Source: an uncultured bacterium
GTDB taxonomy: Bacteria > Patescibacteriota > Doudnabacteria > UBA920
Direction: 5' to 3'
DNA length: 64,000 nucleotides
NCBI GenBank assembly: GCA_963749445.1
Contig: CAVVMJ010000004.1
Location: forward strand, 93,015-157,014
Under the pieces are notes generated by a model. The model searched no databases, had not been told where the DNA came from, and saw only the letters and a list, made by a program, of their open reading frames with translations. The translations under genes were made by a program, and so were the position numbers. Below, one piece after another: positions 26,214 to 35,669 of the stretch; the stretch's first letter is position 1, and every line of letters starts with the position of its first letter.

Positions 26214-26930
26214 ATGAAACTTCCATTCGGAAAAAACAGAAAAGTTGGACTAATCAACCGCGGGCGATTAATCGTGCTGGACGGCATTGACGGCAGCGGC
26301 AAAAGCACGCAGCTAAAGATGCTTGATGATGAGCTAAAATTTATCGGCTACAAAACTGAGGTCATCCACTTTCCCCAGCACGGCAGTCGCTCTGCTGCCA
26401 TGGTTGACGATTATTTGGCCGGCAAGTTCGGTTCGGTGAATCCTTACGCCGCCTCGGCGTTTTACGCCGTGGACCGGTTTGAGGCCGGCCCGCGCATTGA
26501 AGCCTGGCTAAAAGAGGGCAAAGTGGTGCTGTCCGACCGTTACGTTACGGCCAATGCCGCGCACCAGGGCGGAAAAATCGTCGACCATTTTGAACGTTTA
26601 AAGTTTTTCAAGTGGCTGGATAATCTGGAATACACGGTGTTCGGCATCCCCAAACCCGACCTTAACATTATTTTAAATGTGCCTGCCGAGGCTGCCATCC
26701 AACTGCTAAAATTGCGCGCCGAAGACGCTCATCACGTAGACAAAATGCACGAACCTAACAAACAGCATCTGGTTAACAGCTATAACGCTTTTGTGGAAAT
26801 TTCGCGGCTGTTTCCCAACACTAAATTAATTGAATGCGTGCAGAATAACGAACTTCTGCCACCCGAGCAAATCCACAACAAAGTTTGGGATTTTGTCAGA
26901 AGAATAGCATTAAAGGATTTTAAGGCATAA
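26214..26930 (+). CDS. tmk: thymidylate kinase
   Basis: LIVLDGIDGSGKSTQ P-loop, DRY-like ..SDRYV.., lid region. Confidence 0.8.
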   Translation: MKLPFGKNRKVGLINRGRLIVLDGIDGSGKSTQLKMLDDELKFIGYKTEVIHFPQHGSRSAAMVDDYLAGKFGSVNPYAASAFYAVDRFEAGPRIEAWLKEGKVVLSDRYVTANAAHQGGKIVDHFERLKFFKWLDNLEYTVFGIPKPDLNIILNVPAEAAIQLLKLRAEDAHHVDKMHEPNKQHLVNSYNAFVEISRLFPNTKLIECVQNNELLPPEQIHNKVWDFVRRIALKDFKA

Positions 26931-26931
26931 A

Positions 26932-27387
26932 ATGGGTGAATTTTATCAGAATCTGGAAACACCGCGACAACAGAAGTTAAGGGGTTATGTTGATTATTTT
27001 GCCGATGCGATGGAAGCGGAAGACAAGGTGCCGGCGAATCTTGTAAAAAGATCATCTCACGATGAGGATTTGTTTAAGGTACAGGATAATTTTTTTCTGG
27101 ACATACATTTGCAGTTAGTTGACATTATAAATCCGGTAAATGCCTTGATATTGGATCCCGGCCATCTTGATGAATTGAAAAAGGGCGTGGACGAGATTAT
27201 AGAGATGATCGCGGAAAGCCGAATTTTAGAACACGATTTGACAGCTGATGATAGTCTTGGCGAAGCCGGCGTTTTTAACAAAAAGCGGGAACTTAGACAA
27301 AACCAAGTATATATATTGAATGGCATTATACTGAAGACAATTCGTATTTTGGAAGCGGAAAGAAAAGCTGATTATGGCCCTCATTGA
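26932..27387 (+). CDS. hypothetical protein
   Basis: ATG overlaps tmk stop (taaaATG); no recognisable motif. Confidence 0.3.
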   Translation: MGEFYQNLETPRQQKLRGYVDYFADAMEAEDKVPANLVKRSSHDEDLFKVQDNFFLDIHLQLVDIINPVNALILDPGHLDELKKGVDEIIEMIAESRILEHDLTADDSLGEAGVFNKKRELRQNQVYILNGIILKTIRILEAERKADYGPH

Positions 27388-27525
27388 GTGGCTGACATAT
27401 TGGAATCTTAAATGATGGAGTATTTAGCAAGCCCTTTTCAAAAGGGCTTTTTTTGTGTATAATTTTTTTACCCTTTTTGCCCCTGCTCCGGGGGCGGGGA
27501 GGGTTCTGGCTACTTTCGGGCTGAT

Positions 27526-27963
27526 ATGTATAAACAGACCGGAAGTAAGCGTTACCTTGTAATGCTTTGGGTAGGTAAGCATGCTAATCATCGTTTTGAG
27601 GAGATGGGCAGAGCGCTCTGCGTTGCTCCGGAAGCGCTTGTGTCGCTTCTTCTCGAAAATATGGTGCGCAGGCTTAAAAAACAACCTGACATTCTGCCAT
27701 GGGTGTCAAAGTTGTTTTTAGAGATTGGAGAACCTCCGGTTCATCCGATCCACGCCGACCTGAAGCATGAGGTTTATTTTACCCTGATAGGGCATGCTCA
27801 TGACCGCCGGCTGGCAGTCAGTGATCTCGCCAGCAGACTCTTGGCGGTAGGGCTGCCGTTTTGGGATTACCAGCCGGCCATTGGTTTGACCGGCAGGGCT
27901 CAGCAGGAGGAATTGAAGCGCGGGATCAGAATCGATCTTGCGCTTGAGTTTGCCCAGCTTTGA
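27526..27963 (+). CDS. hypothetical protein (GC-richer segment)
   Basis: ORF only; no recognisable motif. Confidence 0.25.
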   Translation: MYKQTGSKRYLVMLWVGKHANHRFEEMGRALCVAPEALVSLLLENMVRRLKKQPDILPWVSKLFLEIGEPPVHPIHADLKHEVYFTLIGHAHDRRLAVSDLASRLLAVGLPFWDYQPAIGLTGRAQQEELKRGIRIDLALEFAQL

Positions 27964-28021
27964 GTGCAGAGGTTCGCGTAAGTTTGCCGCGGCCTCTTTT
28001 TTTTGTCATAATACCTATGAA

Positions 28022-29254
28022 ATGAACGAACTCATCAAGCGGCTGGAAAATCTCAAATCCGAAATCTCAAATCTGAAATCCCATTTGGATTTGCCCCAAA
28101 AGGAGCAGAGGATCTTGGAATTGGAAGACAAGATGCAGGTTCCAAATTTTTGGAATGATAATGAAAACGCCCAAAGAATATCAAAGGATTATAACCAGTT
28201 AAAGCTGTTTGTTGATTTTTGGAAAGATTTGGAAAAGGATATCCAGGAAACACTGGATTTGGTTAAAGACACTCCAACCACCCCGTCTGCTTTGCAGACA
28301 CCCCTCCTTGAAAAGGAGGGGAATGCTCCGCATGTATCCCCGAACAAACGCGGAGCCTCTCCCCCTGACAAGGGGGAGTACTCCGCGAAGCGGGGGGAGG
28401 GGGTTGGAGATATAAAAATATCCGATGCGGATTATCTTAGGCAACATACGGAACAGCTGGAGGAACAATACCGCAAAAACCGTTTTGTTGCGCTGCTTTC
28501 CAAAAAATACGACGACCACAACGCAATTTTTTCTCTGCACAGCGGCGCCGGGGGGCTTGACGCCCAGGATTGGGCGGAAATGCTCCTGCGGATGTTTTTA
28601 CGCTATTGTGAACGCCGGGGATTTATTACAGAAATTTTAGAATCAAACCGCGGAGCGGAAGGCGGCATTAAATCGGCTGTTGTGGAAGTTCACGGGCCGT
28701 ATGCTTACGGCTTGCTAAAAAGCGAGGCCGGCGTTCATCGGCTTGTCCGATTGTCGCCGTTTAATCCCGCGCACACCCGCGAAACCTCTTTCGCGCTTTT
28801 GGAAGTTTTGCCGCTTTTGGAAGATGTAGAAAAAATTGACATCGACCCCAAAGATTTAAAAATAGAAGCCAATACCGCCTCTGGCCACGGCGGGCAATCG
28901 GTCAATACCACTTATTCCGCCATCCGGATTACGCATATTCCCACCGGCCTTAAAGTCAGCATCCAAAACGAGCGCTCCCAGCACCAAAACCGCGAAATCG
29001 CCATGAAAATTTTGATGGCTAAGTTGAAAACTTTGGAAGAGGAAAAATTGCAACAGGAAAAACTGGAAATTCGTGGGGAATTTAAATCGGCCGAATGGGG
29101 AAACCAAATTCGCTCCTACGTTATCCATCCCTACAAACTGGTCAAAGACCACCGTACCGGTTTTGAAACCTCAGACCCGGATAGCGTTCTAAACGGTGAA
29201 CTGGACGAGTTTGTGGAAAGATATTTGGAAAAAACCGCGGTGACCGCTGAATAG
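28022..29254 (+). CDS. prfB: peptide chain release factor 2 (single uninterrupted ORF) with in-frame palindromic repeat insertion
   Basis: GGQ (SGHGGQSVNTT), SPF motif (RLSPF) = RF2; start MNELIKRLENL; residues TPTTPSALQTPLLEKEGNAPHVSPNKRGASPPDKGEYSAKRGEGVGD encoded by repeat 28275..28407. Confidence 0.9.
   Translation: MNELIKRLENLKSEISNLKSHLDLPQKEQRILELEDKMQVPNFWNDNENAQRISKDYNQLKLFVDFWKDLEKDIQETLDLVKDTPTTPSALQTPLLEKEGNAPHVSPNKRGASPPDKGEYSAKRGEGVGDIKISDADYLRQHTEQLEEQYRKNRFVALLSKKYDDHNAIFSLHSGAGGLDAQDWAEMLLRMFLRYCERRGFITEILESNRGAEGGIKSAVVEVHGPYAYGLLKSEAGVHRLVRLSPFNPAHTRETSFALLEVLPLLEDVEKIDIDPKDLKIEANTASGHGGQSVNTTYSAIRITHIPTGLKVSIQNERSQHQNREIAMKILMAKLKTLEEEKLQQEKLEIRGEFKSAEWGNQIRSYVIHPYKLVKDHRTGFETSDPDSVLNGELDEFVERYLEKTAVTAE
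28275..28407 (+). repeat. RPE-like modular palindromic element, in-frame copy inside prfB
   Basis: ccaaccaccccgtc..gacacccctccttgaaaaggaggggaatgctccgc..gcggagcctctccccctgacaagggggagtactccgcgaagcggggggagggggttgg. Confidence 0.85.
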
Positions 29255-29469
29255 ACGCTGATATGTACGCTGATCTGTCGCTGAAACCCAATGTGTCCAT
29301 CCCGGAATTTTTTGCGCTGATGATTATCATGGGTCGCAAAAAATATTCGGGATCCAGGCACACGTTTCTTTCCCTTTTGCCAATTTTTTGGTACAATGTA
29401 CTTATAAACATCGCTTTGAAATAAATACTGACCGGCTGATAAGCGTATCAGCTGATAAGCTTGTAAGCT

Positions 29470-30111
29470 ATGATCAAGTTTGAAAATGTCGGCAAGCATT
29501 ATGACGGCGTCAAGGCTTTGGATGGCATTGATTTGCGAATCCACCACGGCGAGTTTATTTCGCTGGTGGGCATGAGCGGCGCGGGAAAAACCACATTGCT
29601 GCGCCTGATTATCGGCGAAGAGCATTTGGATACTGGCAGGATTTTGATTGACGATATAGATATTACCAAAGTACCCAAGCGCGATTTGCCTTATTTGCGC
29701 CGAAAAATCGGCATGGTCTTCCAAGACATCAAGCTGTTGCCGCGCCGGACGGCTTTTGAAAACGTGGCTTTTGCTATGGAGGTCTGTGGGCACAAAAAGG
29801 AAAAAATCGCCCAAGACGTGCCGAAAATTTTGGATTTAGTCGGCCTTTTGCATAAAACCGACCATTTTCCTTACCAAATGTCCGGCGGGGAAAAACAGCG
29901 CACAGCCATTGCGCGCGCTTTAGCCCATAGGCCGGTGCTGCTTTTGGCTGACGAACCCACAGGCAATTTGGACGAGGTCAACTCCAACGAAGTTTTGGAT
30001 TTGTTGCTAAAGATTAACGAGCTGGGCACCACGGTTATTCTGGCCACCCACGCCTCGGATTTAGTCAACAGAATCAACAAGCGGGTGATTACCATGGAGG
30101 GGGGAGGATAA
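29470..30111 (+). CDS. ftsE: cell-division ABC ATPase FtsE
   Basis: MIKFENVGKHYDG..GMSGAGKTT..LSGGEKQR..LLLADEPTGNLD. Confidence 0.9.
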   Translation: MIKFENVGKHYDGVKALDGIDLRIHHGEFISLVGMSGAGKTTLLRLIIGEEHLDTGRILIDDIDITKVPKRDLPYLRRKIGMVFQDIKLLPRRTAFENVAFAMEVCGHKKEKIAQDVPKILDLVGLLHKTDHFPYQMSGGEKQRTAIARALAHRPVLLLADEPTGNLDEVNSNEVLDLLLKINELGTTVILATHASDLVNRINKRVITMEGGG

Positions 30112-30192
30112 TTAAGCAGCAGCAGACGGGTAAATACGAGTTATAACACAAGCGGCGCCAACGATTAACGAGTAACAAAATTTAAAATATCG

Positions 30193-30292
30193 GAAATTGC
30201 GAGCCCTAAGTGCACCCGAAGGGCGCGGCAATCCCTCTCTTTAATAGGATTGCTTCGTCGCCAGACAAAGCCCTGGCTCCTCGCAATTTCAC
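30193..30292. repeat. GAAATTGCGAG hairpin-repeat family copy (between ftsE and ftsX)
   Basis: ggaaattgcgagccctaagtgcacccgaagggcgcggcaatccc...ggattgcttcgtcgcc...ctcctcgcaatttcac. Confidence 0.7.
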
Positions 30293-30302
30293 TCCTTGAT
30301 TT

Positions 30303-31220
30303 ATGCTGGATTCCATCTCATTTTTGCGCGTCATAAAAACCGGCTTCACCAATTTTTGGCGCAACCTGTGGCTGTCGGCGGCCGCCACCATGGTTATGAC
30401 CGTAACCCTGGTGATTTTTGCCATTATGTTTTTGATGTTCGGCCTCACCAGCTACTCCATCAAGACCATCCAGAATACCGTGGACATCAGCGTTTACTTT
30501 AAAGTCGGTTTGGATGAAGGCCAGATTATGAAAATCAAAGGTGATTTGCAAAACGATTCGCGTATCAAAGACGTCGTTTACACTTCCCAGCAACAGGCGT
30601 TTGACCAGTTCAAGCAGCGCCACGCCGGCGATCCTTTAATTCAGGAGTCGCTCAACGAGCTCACGGAAAATCCTCTGCCCGCGACTTTGAACATCAAAAC
30701 TTATAATCTTTCCGACTATCCGGCCGTGTCGCAGGAATTGCAGGGTTCGGATTATAAAAATTTTATTGACAAAGTGAATTTTGAGGACAACCGTGCGGTC
30801 ATTGACCGTTTGGACAAAATTTTGCGCTTTATTACCACATTCGGCGTGGGACTGGTCGCGGTGTTTTCGCTGATCGCGATTTTGGTAATTTACAATACCA
30901 TCACCCTGACCATTTACAACCGCAAGGAAGAAGTGGAGATTATGCGGCTGGTGGGAGCGACTAACTGGTATATCCGCGGGCCGTTTTTGGTGGAAAGCTT
31001 GCTTTACGCCATCGGTTCCACCATTTTGACCGGCCTGGTATTTGCCCCGGTATTTAGCCAGGTTTTGCCGCGGATTGCCAATTACGTTAACCCGCAGCTC
31101 AACGTCCTGCATTCCAATTTTTTCAATTTTTGGTATTTGGAGCTTTTACTTTTGGTGATTTCCTTGTTGTTGGCCGTGATTTCCACCATGCTGGCAATCC
31201 GGAAGTATCTTAAAATATAG
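30303..31220 (+). CDS. ftsX: cell-division permease-like protein FtsX
   Basis: 4 TM helices, large periplasmic loop; follows ftsE. Confidence 0.85.
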   Translation: MLDSISFLRVIKTGFTNFWRNLWLSAAATMVMTVTLVIFAIMFLMFGLTSYSIKTIQNTVDISVYFKVGLDEGQIMKIKGDLQNDSRIKDVVYTSQQQAFDQFKQRHAGDPLIQESLNELTENPLPATLNIKTYNLSDYPAVSQELQGSDYKNFIDKVNFEDNRAVIDRLDKILRFITTFGVGLVAVFSLIAILVIYNTITLTIYNRKEEVEIMRLVGATNWYIRGPFLVESLLYAIGSTILTGLVFAPVFSQVLPRIANYVNPQLNVLHSNFFNFWYLELLLLVISLLLAVISTMLAIRKYLKI

Positions 31221-31221
31221 T

Positions 31222-31345
31222 TGTATAGTTGTAAGGTATAAGGCGTGGCGGCCGGTACGGTTATTGGGATATGGTCTTGGGTGACTTATGCCCTATTACT
31301 TATTACTACACTGGCCGCTATTCCTTATAACCTATGACTTTCAGG
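31222..31345. repeat. large hairpin repeat, GGCGGCCAGTAC family (copy d)
   Basis: ggcgtggcggccggtacgg...cactggccgctattcc. Confidence 0.65.
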
Positions 31346-31528
31346 GGAATTTGACAAACTTATAGCATCGGGTATACTAACAAAGAGCCCAAATAGCGAC
31401 TCTCGCGAACCGGGGCTTTTTTTGTTAGTAGTAATCCCAAATAAACAAATCAACACAAATATACAAATACTGGCAACCCGCAGCAATTTGTATATTTGTT
31501 TATATTTGTATATTTGCGAACACTACAT

Positions 31529-31974
31529 ATGAAGGTAATATTTATCAAGGATACACCGGGCCAGGGAAAAGGGGTGAAATCAAGGATGTCAGCGAAGGGT
31601 TTGCCCAGAATTTTTTGATACGCAAAGGCTTGGCTCAAGTCGCGACCGCCGATATCCAGGCCAAGATCGCCAAGGAAGCCAAAGAGGCGGAAAATAAGAA
31701 ATTAAAAGAAATTGGGAAATTGCAGGCTTTGAAATCGGAACTGGAAAAGCGTACCTTTACGGTTAAAGTCAAAGTCGGGGAAAAGGGCCAGATTTTCGGC
31801 AGCGTGCAGGAAAAGGATATTGCGGCCGCTGTGTCGGCTAAGCTTAATTATCCGCTGGAAAAGAACCAGATTAACATCGAAACTCCGATTAGGCAAACCG
31901 GCGAACATCAGGTCAAAGTAAAATTGGGCGGCGGTATTATTGCCGTGATCAAGATTAATGTGGAAGCGATGTAA
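31529..31974 (+). CDS. rplI: 50S ribosomal protein L9, apparent -1 frameshift in gggaaaagggg run (~31565-31575)
   Basis: frame A MKVIFIKDTPGQGK then frame B RGEIKDVSEGFAQNFLIRKGLAQ... matches L9 N-terminus across shift; ORF track shows only 31615..31974. Confidence 0.8.
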
Positions 31975-32054
31975 TCTTTCGCGGATACGCGGATATCACG
32001 GATAACACCGACCGCGAAATCCGCGCCATCTGCGTATCCGCGAACCAAACAATT

Positions 32055-33038
32055 ATGGATAACAACCTACCGCAAACTAATCTGCCAAGCAACAATCAGC
32101 TGCCGGAAAAACCCTCCATTTGGGTCACTAACCCGCACTTAAAAATGCTTTTGCTGGTTTTGATTTTTGTGTTTTTGGGTTGCGGGATTTTTTTGGTGGT
32201 ATTACAGCAATTGCAAATGAATTATCGGAAAACCATAAATGTTTCGGACTTGCCTAAACATCAGGTCAAACAAATTGTCTTGGCCGACGGCCGTCTGCAG
32301 GTGGACAACCCTAAAGAAGGGGACACAGTAGGCCAAACTTTTACTGTTTCCGGTTATGCGCAGGGGTGGTTTGAGGCCACGATCGCGGTAAAAGTTTTTG
32401 ACAACAACGAAAATCTACTTTACCAAAACAGTGTAATGGCTTCCGGGGACAATTACGGCCAGCCCGCGCCGTTTAACGGTAAGATAACTTTAACCGGTAC
32501 TTCAACCGCACCGGCCGGGAGGATTGAGTTTAATGATTATTCCCAAAAAGACGGGAATTTGGCATACCAGAAAGTCGTTCATATCAAGTTTGGTGATTAT
32601 AAGGCCATTGACACGACGGGGTGGAAAACCTATAAAAATGACCAGTATGGGTTTGAGTTACAGTACCCGCCAGATTGGAATTTTGAAATGATGCCCAGAT
32701 ACAATAAAGACGGTTCCGTTGCAGTCGGTTTATTTGATTTTGCTTTTACCCATCAGGGCGCTCTTGTCCGAATGTTGGTGTCGCCGTTGGGTGGTAGCGC
32801 ATACAGCCCGAGCCAACTTAAAAAAACTGAAAATTTAGACATGAATGGAAGCACAGTGAGAAAGAGTGAATTCGGAGATACAAATGGAACCTATGGCATT
32901 ATTGTTGATCAGTTTAACAACACGCAATACCCGCTTTTTGAAATTTGGTTCGGTCCGATTAATGCGAATGAGTATTTAAGTTTAAAAGATATTGCCCAAT
33001 TTGATCAAATGTTTTCAACTTTTAAATTTACCAAATAA
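32055..33038 (+). CDS. hypothetical membrane-anchored protein with Ig-like (Gmad2-like) beta domain
   Basis: single N-terminal TM; GDTVGQTFTVSGYAQGWFEATIAVKVFD beta-sandwich-like segment. Confidence 0.35.
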   Translation: MDNNLPQTNLPSNNQLPEKPSIWVTNPHLKMLLLVLIFVFLGCGIFLVVLQQLQMNYRKTINVSDLPKHQVKQIVLADGRLQVDNPKEGDTVGQTFTVSGYAQGWFEATIAVKVFDNNENLLYQNSVMASGDNYGQPAPFNGKITLTGTSTAPAGRIEFNDYSQKDGNLAYQKVVHIKFGDYKAIDTTGWKTYKNDQYGFELQYPPDWNFEMMPRYNKDGSVAVGLFDFAFTHQGALVRMLVSPLGGSAYSPSQLKKTENLDMNGSTVRKSEFGDTNGTYGIIVDQFNNTQYPLFEIWFGPINANEYLSLKDIAQFDQMFSTFKFTK

Positions 33039-33108
33039 TATTTAAGATTCCCGCTTTCGCGGGAATGACAAATTAAAAATTGAAAATTAAGAATTAAAAA
33101 ATTTATCT

Positions 33109-34806
33109 ATGTCCTACCACATCAAGGCTCGCAAGGCCAAAAAACTCAATACCAAATTTATTTTCGTGTCCGGCGGGGTTATATCCTCAGTCGGCAAGGG
33201 GATTACAGTGTCATCAATTGCCATGCTGCTGGAGTCGCGCGGTTATCGCGTGGCGCCGGTGAAGGCGGATATGTATTTAAACGTGGACGCCGGCACCATT
33301 CGCCCGCAGGAACACGGCGAAGTCTTTGTGACCAAAGACGGAGTGGAAACCGACCAGGACTTGGGGAATTACGAACGCATGATGAATACGGATTTGTCCA
33401 GTTCCAACTATATTACCAACGGCCAGGTTTACCAGACCATCATCCAAAAAGAGCGGAACTTTGAATACGCCGGCGAAGACGTGGAAATCGTGCCGCACGT
33501 GCCTGAGGAAATTATCCGCCGTTTGGAAAAAGCCGCGGTGGAGCGCCGTGCGGATTTTGTGATTGCGGAAATCGGCGGCACGGTAGGGGAGTACCAGAAT
33601 GTTTTGTATATGGAAGCCAATCGCATTATGAAATACCGTGACAACCGCGATGTTATTCACGTGCACGTCGGTTATTTGCCTACGCCGCCCAGTGTCGGGG
33701 AAATGAAGTCCAAGCCCGTGCAAACCTCGGTGAGGATTTTAAACGGCAGCGGCATTCAGCCGGATTTTTTGGTTTGCCGTGCCGAGAAACCGCTGGACGA
33801 CCGCCGCAAAGAGACTTTGGCCTGGGTGACCAGCGTGCCAGCCCAAAACATCATCAGCGCGCCGGACGTTGACACCATTTACCGCGTGCCCATGAATTTT
33901 GAACAGCAGCATTTGACCGACAAAATTCTGGCTAAATTCGGCATGAACCCGGGCAGGCATGATTTGGCCAAGTGGAAAAATTTGCTTAGCCGGGTGAGCC
34001 GCGTCAGCGCCGGCAGCAAAGAGGTCAACATTGCCGTGGTCGGCAAATATTATGAAACCGGCGCTTACAAACTGGCCGACGTTTACATTTCGGTGGTGGA
34101 AGCCATTAAGCACGCGTCCTGGAATAACGGCGTCAAGGCAAAACTGAGCTGGGTTTCCAGTTTGGATGTGGAAAAACAAGGCGCCAAAGCGGTGCTGGAA
34201 AAGTTTGACGGCATTGTGGTACCCGGGGGCTTTGGCACGCGCGGCACGGAGGGGATGATAGAAACCGTTCGTTATGCCCGCGAGAACAAAATTCCTTATC
34301 TCGGATTATGTTACGGCATGCAAATGGCCACCATCGAGTTTTCAAGAAATGTCGCCGGGCTCAAATCGGCAAACACCACCGAGGTTGATGACGACACCCC
34401 GCATCCGGTTATTCACATTATGCCGGATCAGGAAAAAAAGATGCTCAACCGCGAATACGGTGCGAGTATGCGTTTGGGCGGCTGGGACTGCGTAATTGCC
34501 AGAAACACCAAGACTGAAAAAGCGTATTTAGATGCAGGGCTTATAAAAAAATCGGGAATCGCTAAAATAAGCGAACGCCACCGCCACCGGTTTGAATTTA
34601 ACAACGCTTACCGCGAGCAACTGGTCAAAGCCGGTCTGGTTATATCCGGGACTACTCCCGACGGTAAGCTGGTGGAAATAGTTGAACTTAAAGATCACCC
34701 GTACTTTGTGGGCAGCCAATTCCACCCCGAATTCCAATCCCGCCCGCTCAGCCCGCATCCGCTGTTTGATGGCTTTGTTAAAGCTGCGGTGAAGATAAAG
34801 AAATAA
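33109..34806 (+). CDS. pyrG: CTP synthase
   Basis: KFIFVSGGVISSVGKGI..; GATase domain LGLCYGMQ..H..E. Confidence 0.95.
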   Translation: MSYHIKARKAKKLNTKFIFVSGGVISSVGKGITVSSIAMLLESRGYRVAPVKADMYLNVDAGTIRPQEHGEVFVTKDGVETDQDLGNYERMMNTDLSSSNYITNGQVYQTIIQKERNFEYAGEDVEIVPHVPEEIIRRLEKAAVERRADFVIAEIGGTVGEYQNVLYMEANRIMKYRDNRDVIHVHVGYLPTPPSVGEMKSKPVQTSVRILNGSGIQPDFLVCRAEKPLDDRRKETLAWVTSVPAQNIISAPDVDTIYRVPMNFEQQHLTDKILAKFGMNPGRHDLAKWKNLLSRVSRVSAGSKEVNIAVVGKYYETGAYKLADVYISVVEAIKHASWNNGVKAKLSWVSSLDVEKQGAKAVLEKFDGIVVPGGFGTRGTEGMIETVRYARENKIPYLGLCYGMQMATIEFSRNVAGLKSANTTEVDDDTPHPVIHIMPDQEKKMLNREYGASMRLGGWDCVIARNTKTEKAYLDAGLIKKSGIAKISERHRHRFEFNNAYREQLVKAGLVISGTTPDGKLVEIVELKDHPYFVGSQFHPEFQSRPLSPHPLFDGFVKAAVKIKK

Positions 34807-35179
34807 TCATGGCTGAATTTGAGAACGGTCCGCAAGAGGCAAAAATAGTGATCTTAATGAGATTAGGCGCGCGTTATTTCGACTTGGGCTTCTTGGAGAA
34901 TGTACGTCTAAAGCTCGAGAAATGGCAAATAAGTACCCTGATAATTGTCAGCATTGCATATTGTACCATATATTATCCGGAGGAGGCGCGGCGGCCGTTG
35001 AGCCGTCATTTTTAGATTTTCCAAATAATGAAATTGAGAAATTTTTAAGGGAAATGGCAACAAAACACGGTATTGCGAGCTGAAACAATGTAAAATTATA
35101 CAATTTAGCTTGACAGTTTTTTTATAGATGATATAATTTTAATGTCGATAAAATCCTACTTGTAGGAAATTCTACTTTT

Positions 35180-35425
35180 ATGGCAAGCCATCATCAGCTA
35201 AAAAAATTTTACGGCGCAACGACCCTGGGAGAAAAAGGCCAGGTGGTTATTCCCGTGGAAGCGCGCAAACTTATGAAACTCAAGGTGGGGGAGAAGCTGC
35301 TGGTTTTCGGCAAGGGCAATGATATGCTGGCTTTGGCTAAAGTTGGCCAAATCCACAAGTTTGCGGAAGAATTAAGCCAGCGGCTGGACAGCATTAAAAC
35401 GATTATCAAAAAGAGCGGGAAGTAA
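35180..35425 (+). CDS. AbrB/MazE-family (SpoVT/AbrB domain) small DNA-binding protein
   Basis: GQVVIPVEARKLMKLKVGEKLLVF. Confidence 0.55.
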   Translation: MASHHQLKKFYGATTLGEKGQVVIPVEARKLMKLKVGEKLLVFGKGNDMLALAKVGQIHKFAEELSQRLDSIKTIIKKSGK

Positions 35426-35434
35426 TTCAACCAG

Positions 35435-35533
35435 TTGATGGGCATCTTCTTGCCAACACAATCCTCGACCGTTGTTTGTCATTATTCGATGATTATCAGT
35501 TGGCGATTGTGGAACCACGAAGATGCCCATCAA
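35435..35533. mobile_element. MITE-like 99-bp element, copy 4 (opposite internal orientation)
   Basis: ttgatgggcatcttcttgccaacacaatcctcgacc...gtggaaccacgaagatgcccatcaa. Confidence 0.85.
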
Positions 35534-35669
35534 TCGAAAGTTAAAATTATGGACATTATCCAGGTAAAAAATCTTACCATCCGCCTTCGCTCCCGACTTC
35601 GCCAAGGCTTCGTCGGGTAAGAAAGCTTCGGCGGATCTCTGCCGGATTTTTAAAATTTTCCGATTTATT

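Noticed and set aside
29131-29814. 227-aa minus ORF spanning ftsE 5' half and upstream repeat
   Set aside because: Overlaps ftsE antisense and begins in hairpin repeat; artefact. Same reasoning for 5130..5615 (-) and 14895..15542 (-).
33277-34179. 146/148-aa minus ORFs inside pyrG
   Set aside because: Antisense to CTP synthase; no support.
34809-35015. 68-aa ORF immediately after pyrG
   Set aside because: No SD, no motifs, AT-rich intergenic region that more likely holds the promoter (TTGACA..N17..ATAATT at ~35112-35140) of the AbrB-like gene.
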